From Phyllobates terribilis (taxonomy: Eukaryota), in contig NW_027362765.1 of assembly GCF_046119375.1 (NCBI RefSeq), positions 361,956,001 through 362,020,000 of the forward strand: 64,000 bases of DNA, written 5' to 3'. The position numbers and the translations under genes were made by a program. The notes under the pieces are model-generated. The model made no database searches, had not been told where the DNA came from, and saw only the letters and a program-made list of their open reading frames with translations. Shown here one piece after another: positions 36,881 to 45,707 of the stretch; position 1 is the first letter of the stretch, and each line of letters begins with the position of its first letter.

Positions 36881-37189
36881 GATCGAAGACAGATGAAACT
36901 GGAGGAAAGAAAAGAGGCCGGATGGAGCAAAGGTCCGGAAGGGGAGCGGCGGTGATGGTGGAGGAAAAGGTGAGCAGTGAGGAAAGGATCAGGGTTTTTA
37001 AACCTCTTTCCTGACCCTCAACAATTCCACAATCTGGTCGCCATTTTGATACATTTGCACAAAGGGAATTACTCAATCATTGGGTGGTGATATTTGATTA
37101 TTTCACCACTGTATTGCTGTATTTTTTGATCACTCTATAATGGCATTGCTTGATCACTATATGGTGGTATTATTTGGGAATTTGATGTT

Positions 37190-37478
37190 TCGCCCCCAGC
37201 AGTTCGCCCCCTGCAGTTCGCCCCCAGCAGTTCGCCCCCGGGTACATTTCGTCCCCGCACATTTCGTCACCAGTATTTGGCCCCCAGGATGTTTTGCCCC
37301 CGCACATTTCACCCCCAGTCCAGGGGCGAAACATGCGGGGGCGAAATGTGCGGGGGCGAATCTTCCTGGGGGCGAAATGATAGGGGCGAAATGTGTGGGG
37401 GCGAAATGTACCTGGGGGTGAACTGCTGGGGGCAAATTGCTGGGAGCGGACTGATGGGAGCAAAACTTCCTATAACCG
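37190..37478. mobile_element. Foldback-type MITE with modular TTCGCCCC / GGGGCGAA repeats
   Basis: The left half is an array of TTCGCCCCC units and the right half an array of GGGGGCGAAA units in inverted orientation. Superfamily not assignable. Confidence 0.6.
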
Positions 37479-37752
37479 TATTATTTAGTTATTTGACAAC
37501 TGTATGGCGGCATTGATCACTTTATGGAGAGTATTATTCAATCATTTTTATGTATTATTGGTTCACGAGAAAGTGGTATTTTTTAATTACTGTATAGTGC
37601 GATTACTTGATGACTATATGGTGGTAGTGTTTGATCTCTGTATGGCAGTACTATTCAGTCTTTAGTTGGTGATATTATTTCAGCACTGCATGGCAATATT
37701 GCTTGATCACTTCATGGTGGCGTTTACTTAGAGATTGTGGTATTGATATTTA

Positions 37753-38632
37753 GGGCGGTTTCACACGTCCTGAATTTTCCGGTACCAGAAAAACCCGTAC
37801 CGTAGATATCCATGTGTGGCAACCATGTGCCGCATCAGGAGCACACTTACTGGCACCTGGGAATCAGTGTACAGTTAGCGCTGTTCCCAAGCGCTGGATG
37901 CTGATGATCGCTGCCTTCATCATTTTCCCTTGCTCGCTCTGTGATCAGCACAATCAAGGGACAATGTTGGGAGTAGTAGTATTCTGCTCCCGCAGTGTCC
38001 ATCTGTAAAAATAAGAATAAAATCCTTATACTCATCTGTCTGGAGATGTCCCCCGTGGTAATCCTCTGACCGGGCTCCAGAGCTGCGCTGAGCTCAGGAG
38101 TGGTGTCCTGTCACTTAGTGATCTCTGCTCAGTGCAGAGCCCAGCTCGCTGGAGCAGCTCATTATCCCCGCTTCCTCGACGTCAGCGGTCAGAGGATTAT
38201 AGCAGGGGACATCTCCGGAGAGGTGAGTATAAGGATTTTATTATTTTATTCTTATTTTTACGCCAGGACACAGAGGGAGCAGAATACTACTCAAAACCTT
38301 GTCCCTTGCTCGTGCTGATCACAGTGTGAGCAAGGGACAATGATGAGAGCAGCGTTCAGCACCCGGCACTTGGGAACAGCGCTAACTGTACACTGATTCC
38401 CAGGCGCCGATACATGCCACACTGATGACACACGGATGTCATCCATGGGTGTTCAGCGTTGGACATTTGGAGGACTGTGCAGTGGGTAAAAAGTGGACAT
38501 AGCAGCATGTTTTGCCCACGGACACACGGTGTGAGGAAACATACGTTTGAATGGTCTACATGTGTCAGTGTCTCCAGAACATGTGGAAACTGTCACCACA
38601 TGTACCGGACACACTGACGTGTGAAAGAGCCC
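37753..38632. mobile_element. PIF/Harbinger-type MITE
   Basis: TIRs GGGCGGTTTCACACGTC / GACGTGTGAAAGAGCCC (15/17). TTA TSD on both sides. Long internal inverted arms. Confidence 0.88.
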
Positions 38633-39204
38633 TTAGACACAGTACAATATATTACTTCAGCAGTGTATGGTGGTGGCGGCATTTTACCGCATTGTTCTTT
38701 GGCCAACATATGGCGCTATTATTTGAGCCCCCTACTGTATGGCAGTGATAGGCACAGAATTATAGTAGTACACAGGATAATATGGCAGTACACAGGATAG
38801 CGCACCAACACACATTGAAGGCAAAACCAGAACACTGAACCCCCGGGGGCCGACTCAGACACAAGGACTGCCTGTTTTGGCGGTATATTTTGCTTAAGTT
38901 CCCTTTTGGCACCTGATAAAGTGAGCTACTGTGATATTGGTGCAGGGGCTTCCAAAAGTCTTGCAGAGGGCCCCCTTCATCATGAGAGCGGCCCTGCTCC
39001 TCGCTCGCTCTGGGGGGCCCGGAGAAATTAGTTACATCCCTAACACAAGGACCTGAAGTCCCACAGCGACGTCTCCCCCGGACGGGGAGCGCGATTTGTG
39101 CCAATGTTCTGTATCCACGGGAATAACAAATACCAGCCCTGTCCTTACTATATCACACCGATAATAATTATATCTGCTGCCACCACTGATCTATTGCCGA
39201 TGTG

Positions 39205-39217
39205 GTTGCTTAGCAAC
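39205..39217. promoter_or_regulatory. Candidate RFX X-box
   Basis: Palindromic GTTGCTTAGCAAC matches the RFX consensus and lies in a CpG-retaining non-repetitive patch. Confidence 0.4.
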
Positions 39218-40443
39218 AGACGATATGTATCCAGAAATGTCATCGTGTTTTACTGCCTTATTACACAGAGTTCAATAAATACGAGGGTTGCGTCTGGAGA
39301 GAAGCAAAGCTTTCTGCAAACATTAGCGATCAGAAGATGAAACCTTCTTCTCCCCCGATCTGCGAAACGCGTCGCCCATGGTCACATCAGGCGTTGGTTA
39401 GTTTATATTCCCCTGTAGCAAGGGAGGACGTCGTTACATGAGCCGAGGTCTCGGGTCTGTGACAGACGTGACTTTTAGTTCAGAAACAATATTTGTTTTG
39501 TTGTTTGATTTTCAGACTCCTTAAAAAGTTGCTCCTCCACGCACCCCCCCCCCGTGCCACAGATTGTGTCCGGTACTGCACTCCTGTTGACTTCTATGGA
39601 GCAGAGCTGCAATCCCAGACACAATCTAGGGACAGAGGTGACTGCCTCTCCTTGCCAAACAGTCTTGTTTTATATTCCTCCTATTAAAGGAGTTGTCTCG
39701 TCTTGTTAAATGGTTAACATTGCAGAAAAGCAAGCAGTTTCGTAATGTACACACGTGGTCAAAATTGTTGGTACCCCTCGTTTAATGAAAGAAAAACCCA
39801 CAACGGTCACAGAAATAACTTGAATCTGACAAAAGTAATAATAAATTAAAAATCTATGAAAATGAACAAATGAAAGTCAGACATTGCTTTTCTGCTTCCA
39901 CTGAATTAAAAAAAAAATTAAACCCATGAAATCGGCCTGGACAGAAATGATGGCACCCCTGAAAATAATGTGACAAAAGGGACATGTGAAATCAAGTTGT
40001 GTCCACTAATTATCATCACAGGTGTCTACAACCTTGTAATCAGTCAGTGGGCCTGTATATAGGGCTACAGATAGTCACTGTGCTGTTTGGTGACATGGTG
40101 TGCACCACACTCAACATGGACCAGAGGAAGTGTAGCACCCTGAGGATTCGGCTGCTACAGGGGTATTACACCTCAAGCCAGAGGTGTGGTATTCCACTCC
40201 CGGGTAAGGATGGAGTGTGGAACTGAGCTCAGTAGGCTGCATGCACTACATACATCCCATTTCCGGGGGACAGACCAATGGTACTCCCACTAGAGAAATG
40301 TGCAGGTACGACAGCGTCTGTCCCTGGCTGGAGTGGGAGGGGGGTGGAACATCCCAGTAGTGTAGGGGCAGATAGGGGGAGCAGTCTGGGTAATGCTAGG
40401 AGCTCATTGGGTGCTGGTCACCTGAGCTCACACATAGAGGGAG

Positions 40444-40450
40444 TATATAA
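40444..40450 (+). promoter_or_regulatory. LTR TATA box
   Basis: TATATAA in U3, repeated in the 3' LTR. An AGTAAA poly(A)-signal variant lies at 40963-40968 and also occurs in the related LTRs. Confidence 0.55.
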
Positions 40451-41331
40451 GGTGGGAACCATCTTAGAACAGGGTCTTTTGTAGAGGTTTGGTCAGACAA
40501 GCAGAGCAGCTCAGCCAGCTCCAAGGCCAAGAGAGTGAGAGAGAGGAGAAAAGAAGGACCCAGAGGGGGAGAAGAGGGAACTCCAAGAACCCAAAATTAG
40601 ACCAGAGGGTGAAGAGTTGGCACAAGGGTACCGGATCCCAAGCTGGTGGAGGGCACTAATCCTTAGCCAGAGACCGGAGGTCGTGGGCAGGATCTGCCAT
40701 GACCACCCACTAAATCCACCCGGAAGGCAAACCAAGAATAGGGTCAGGGAACCCAGAGACAAGGGTTTTACCAACAAGAGGCCCGAGGGAGCCGGACTTA
40801 GGTGGATCCCTGGTGGGGAAGGCCAGAGAGAAGGACAAGTCAGAAAGGGAGCTCAGGAACACGCTCCAGAATCACCTGGGGGTTGGCCGAGTCCAGGACC
40901 TGGTGGACGCAGCACGGCTCGGGTGGTCACTCAAGGCCGGAGTGACCAACACAAAAGCAGTAAGTAAAAACTCTGAACTGCACAGCCCGACTCTGAGTTT
41001 CATTACCATCCTCACTGCACCTCCACAACCACCATCCTCTGCAACTGACCCCCTGAGGCTATACCCCTCCCGTTGGGGGTTATACTACCTGAGCTGCACA
41101 CACACCACCAGCCTCAGCGGACCCTGCTGCAGCGGCGGCCGTAGTGACCGCAAATCAACGGGTGGCGTAGTCGACACTAAAGAACATCCAGTAACATCTG
41201 TAGGACTGCCACACACTGAGCTTGACACCCTGGGCACGGACCGGGTCACCGCCACTCGGAGACGACAACCCCCATCTGATCCGGCTCCGGGTATCCCCCA
41301 AACAACACTGGCCCAGGGGGCGCGTCAACTT

Positions 41332-41349
41332 TGGCGTAGTCGGCAGGAT
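41332..41349 (+). promoter_or_regulatory. Primer-binding site for tRNA-Ser
   Basis: TGGCGTAGTCGGCAGGAT, 4 nt after the 5' LTR, is complementary to the vertebrate tRNA-Ser(AGA/TGA) 3' end ATCCTGCCGACTACGCCA (sequence from memory). Confidence 0.9.
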
Positions 41350-41584
41350 AACGTGCCCGCAACAACCGGGTACTGCGTGCCTGAAGAAAAGTTCACCGTT
41401 ACCTTAAAAAGAAGTCTCCCGCCGGTTCCGGAGGGTCCCCGCCAACGGACCCCATCACAGGTCGTTTCCCGCCGGTTGCCCGCCATCTGCAGCTTTTTCC
41501 CGCCATCCACCGAGTTTCCCGCCACTGGGAGACGATTCCCGCCATTTCCAGAAGATTTCCCGCCTTGGAAGAGCGGACGCCATT

Positions 41585-43294
41585 ATGGGCGTGCCAGAGG
41601 GTGGCAAGAGGTCACCTCCCATCGTGGGCCAGGTCGAAGAATGGCGCCAAAAGCGGAAACCGCGCCCACCAACAGAGACTGTGATGCTGGAAGTGTCCAT
41701 CAGCGTGAGAGAACTGCCCCTGGAACTGACAATCACAAAGTCGCCCCGGGACCACCCTCAATGTGGGCGGAGACAGAACAAGAGAACGAAGATGGGTGTC
41801 GCCTGGAGGAGTCTGGAGAGAGCGCACCCGGAGACAAGAAGTCTGGAGAGGAGTCCAGAGAGAGCCTACCCGGAGATGGAGGGAGAGTCAGGCAGCACCG
41901 ACCCAGTGGTCAGGAGCCTGCTACAAGCCACAACCCCACTAGGCCTAGTGGAGGTCCTGGCACAGCTCCCCCGAGACCGGGAGTGTGCACAGACTGCGCT
42001 GGAGGGCCTCGCACGGAGGATGGCCCGGGTGCAGCGAGAGACGTTGGCGGAGTGGAGCCGAGAGATGGCCCAGCGGACCGAAACCCGTCAGCGGAGCACG
42101 CCACCCGAGACGAGGAGACAGACCGCCTCTGAGGATGGTGCAGGAGGACTCAAGGCCGGAGACGGCGCCGAGAAGGGAGCTGAACGAATGGAGGCAGGTA
42201 AAGGGGACGTCTCTACCCCGAGCCGGGAAACCGCGTGCCTGCCCCAGCTCCCCGTCGCAGAGCCCGAAATTCCCCCTGCCGTGCCCGTCGCTGCATCGTC
42301 ACCGCCGCAGACTAGGCCTCAACCGGAAACCGCGGCCGCGACCCCTGTGACGTCACGCGCTTCGACCCTGAGCGCGGCAAAGCAGGAAATACCATCGGCC
42401 TGGTCGCAAGGCCTAGTACACCCAGGCGCCGCCATTCCAACAGCGCCCCCTACCTCCGCGGAGCCACCAGCCTGGTCGCAGGGCCGAGTAACCACGGGCG
42501 CCGCCGTTCTTACGGTGCCCTTTTCCTTTAGCGTGCCCCAAGCCTGGTCGCAAGGCCTGGTCAACCCGGGCGCCGCTACCACCACAGCGCCCATAACACC
42601 CAAAGTACCGCACCTGGGTGAGGACCTGTTCGCCCAGCATACGTGCCCGGATGGGCAGCCCTTCATATGGCCCCAGGAGTACTACCAACTGGAACTCCAA
42701 AGGGCGAGGCCCCTGTGTGAGCCCCTGATTCCGGCTCCGAAGCCCGTCAGGAGGACCCAGCCCCCGCTAGAGGAGGCACAGTTTGAGTGGGACCCCATCG
42801 GAGGAGACCTCATGGGGTTCACTCAGGAGACTCGGGCGGCCGCAGCGGAGCGTGCAGAGTGCTGCCGCCAGCAGCTCGAGGTCTTCGAGAAGGAGCGGAG
42901 AGAGAGGCGGGTCCGGGAACAGCAAGCACAGATAAGGAGCGCGGAGCAGAAGAGCCGGACCTGGAGAGATCCCCGTGCAGCTCATGGTCCCCGTACCACC
43001 GGGACTGTGATTAAATTCAACCTGCAGCATGGGTGGGGCTTCATAAGAGACTATCATACCCCCGGCGACGTCTTTGTCACCCGCAGAGACGTAGAAAGCC
43101 ATCTGCCGGAGGGACACAGAGGTCGTGACCTGTATGTAGGGGACGAGGTCACCTTCACCCGGCACAAGTGTGCCAAAGGACCCTACGCCCTCCATGTACA
43201 TCGCCTGACGGAGGAGGAGCTGCGGTGTGAGGAGGAGCAGGAGGACCCGGACGGGTCTGAATCCAAAGAAGGAGCAGGAGGACGCCGTCGTTAA
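41585..43294 (+). CDS. 569-aa protein: helical N-terminus, Pro/Ala-rich linker with 3 AWSQG repeats, charged coiled coil, C-terminal cold-shock domain, acidic tail
   Basis: Intact ATG in a strong Kozak context (A at -3, G at +4) through to TAA. The CSD at about 42995-43207 reads GTVIKFN..HGWGFI (RNP1)..DVFVT (RNP2)..VGDEVTF..KGPYALHV. Confidence 0.88.
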   Translation: MGVPEGGKRSPPIVGQVEEWRQKRKPRPPTETVMLEVSISVRELPLELTITKSPRDHPQCGRRQNKRTKMGVAWRSLERAHPETRSLERSPERAYPEMEGESGSTDPVVRSLLQATTPLGLVEVLAQLPRDRECAQTALEGLARRMARVQRETLAEWSREMAQRTETRQRSTPPETRRQTASEDGAGGLKAGDGAEKGAERMEAGKGDVSTPSRETACLPQLPVAEPEIPPAVPVAASSPPQTRPQPETAAATPVTSRASTLSAAKQEIPSAWSQGLVHPGAAIPTAPPTSAEPPAWSQGRVTTGAAVLTVPFSFSVPQAWSQGLVNPGAATTTAPITPKVPHLGEDLFAQHTCPDGQPFIWPQEYYQLELQRARPLCEPLIPAPKPVRRTQPPLEEAQFEWDPIGGDLMGFTQETRAAAAERAECCRQQLEVFEKERRERRVREQQAQIRSAEQKSRTWRDPRAAHGPRTTGTVIKFNLQHGWGFIRDYHTPGDVFVTRRDVESHLPEGHRGRDLYVGDEVTFTRHKCAKGPYALHVHRLTEEELRCEEEQEDPDGSESKEGAGGRRR

Positions 43295-45707
43295 AGTACG
43301 GTAAAGAGACTGTAAATAGTTACCCATCGGGGTACAGTGAACTGTTGCTGCTTTAAATATGTCCCCGTTGGGACAAGAGTGAACTGTTAACCCGTGTGTC
43401 CCTATTCCAATTACCTGGCCGAGGACTGAGAGCGGCCATATTCCCCCTGTATATAGTTGCGCTTTCTAAGGCGCCCTCTACAGGTTTTATAGGAAAACCG
43501 TGTTTCTAAAGGAGACTGTCGCACTTTTCCCGGTCACAAGTTGCACCGTGGCCGGAGGAGCAAGAGTGTTTACAAGGATGTTATTTATGAAAAGTTTTAT
43601 ATGAAAAGTTTTATTGCTGATAATATATGTGATGTTTTATATGTTTATGTTTATGAAAAAAAATTGTATGTTTTGGATGTTTTTTATATCTTACAGCCCG
43701 AGGACGTGCTGTGATTTACCAGGGGGGAATGTAGCACCCTGAGGATTCGGCTGCTACAGGGGTATTACACCTCAAGCCAGAGGTGTGGTATTCCACTCCC
43801 GGGTAAGGATGGAGTGTGGAACTGAGCTCAGTAGGCTGCATGCACTACATACATCCCATTTCCGGGGGACAGACCAATGGTACTCCCACTAGAGAAATGT
43901 GCAGGTACGACAGCGTCTGTCCCTGGCTGGAGTGGGAGGGGGGTGGAACATCCCAGTAGTGTAGGGGCAGATAGGGGGAGCAGTCTGGGTAATGCTAGGA
44001 GCTCATTGGGTGCTGGTCACCTGAGCTCACACATAGAGGGAGTATATAAGGTGGGAACCATCTTAGAACAGGGTCTTTTGTAGAGGTTTGGTCAGACAAG
44101 CAGAGCAGCTCAGCCAGCTCCAAGGCCAAGAGAGTGAGAGAGAGGAGAAAAGAAGGACCCAGAGGGGGAGAAGAGGGAACTCCAAGAACCCAAAATTAGA
44201 CCAGAGGGTGAAGAGTTGGCACAAGGGTACTGGATCCCAAGCTGGTGGAGGGCACTAATCCTTAGCTAGAGACCGGAGGTCGTGGGCAGGATCTGCCACG
44301 ACCACCCACTAAATCCACCCGGAAGGCAAACCAAGAATAGGGTCAGGGAACCCAGAGACAAGGGTTTTACCAACAAGAGGCCCGAGGGAGCCGGACTTAG
44401 GTGGATCCCTGGTGGGGAAGGCCAGAGAGAAGGACAAGTCAGAAAGGGAGCTCAGGAACACGCTCCAGAATCACCTGGGGGTTGGCCGAGTCCAGGACCT
44501 GGTGGACGCAGCACGGCTCGGGTGGTCACTCAAGGCCGGAGTGACCAACACAAAAGCAGTAAGTAAAAACCCTGAACTGCACAGCCCGACTCTGAGTTTC
44601 ATTACCATCCTCACTGCACCTCCACAACCACCATCCTCTGCAACTGACCCCCTGAGGCTATACCCCTCCCGTTGGGGGTTATACTACCTGAGCTGCACAC
44701 ACACCACCAGCCTCAGCGGACCCTGCTGCAGCGGCGGCCGTAGTGACTGCAAATCAACGGGTGGCGTAGTCGACACTAAAGAACATCCAGTAACATCTGT
44801 AGGACTGCCACACACTGAGCTTGACACCCTGGGCACGGACCGGGTCACCGCCACTCGGAGACTACAACCCCCATCTGATCCGGCTCCGGGTATCCCCCAA
44901 ACAACACTGGCCCAGGGGGCGCGTCAGAAGCAAAAGAAAGAGTTGTCTCAGGAGATTAGAAAGTGTTACGGGTCCGGGTGGTGGAACCTCTGTGCTTCGG
45001 TGCAAGGAGGGACCAAAGGGGTGTAACTAAGTGCCTACCCGGCTTGACCCAGGTCACACGGCGGCTCAGTCGACTCCGTGAACCAGGGAGGGACCGGGCA
45101 GGTGAACCAGGTGCCACTCTGGGACCTACCTTGTGTGAGAGCAGGTGACTCCCACGGGTCAGATGGCAGGAACTGATCGGTACAGCGGATGAGCACGGCA
45201 GGAAGGCAGACGGGTGGTCCGGGTAGATCAGCAGGCAGGTACGGCAGATAGCCAGACAGGTGCTCTGGGTAGACAGGCTGGCGGGCACGACAGGTAACTG
45301 GCAGGTGCTCCAAGTAGGCAGGCTGGTGGGCACGGCAGGTAACTGGCAAGTTGGCAGGCTGGACTGTTAGACAGATTGGCGGGCTGGACTGACAGGCAGA
45401 GGGACCTGAGGGCTGAGGAAAGTGTTAGCACACAAAACAACCTTGTACAGGCACCTCCATTTTGCCTTATAAAGGAGAAGTCCTCCGGCCATTGGCTGGG
45501 GACTCTTTAGGATGGCGCGCGTGGCCCCTTTAAGACAGGGGGAGCGCACGCGTGCCCTAAGCACAGTGCCCGGGAAGCTGTGCGCGGTGCGTGCCACAGC
45601 AGCAGGGGAGCAGGAAGACACTGGACCAGGACCGCGGCGATGAGGGGGAACGGCGTCTCTGCCCGGCAGAAGGCAGAGACGCTGATGCTACAGTACCCCC
45701 CCCCCCC

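Larger units (their letters stand above)
40131..44926 (+). mobile_element. Non-autonomous LTR retrotransposon encoding a cold-shock-domain protein
   Basis: 1197-bp TG..CA LTRs at 40131-41327 and 43730-44926 (about 6 substitutions by eye). 4-bp TSD GAAG. tRNA-Ser PBS and PPT AGGGGGGAA (43721-43729). One internal ORF, no RT or integrase. Confidence 0.95.

Noticed and set aside
39331-39373. Hammerhead-like CAGAAGA..GCGAAACGCGTC
   Set aside because: The core has A at U4, and stems I and II do not pair convincingly.
41332-41349. tRNA-Ser-like sequence (also 62451-62468)
   Set aside because: Only the 18-nt 3' complement including CCA is present, adjacent to an LTR. It is a PBS, not a tRNA gene.
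40813-42132. 439-aa ORF starting in the LTR and overlapping the CSD ORF
   Set aside because: It starts at GTG, crosses the LTR/PBS boundary, has no recognisable domain and lies in GC-rich sequence. Probably an incidental open frame.
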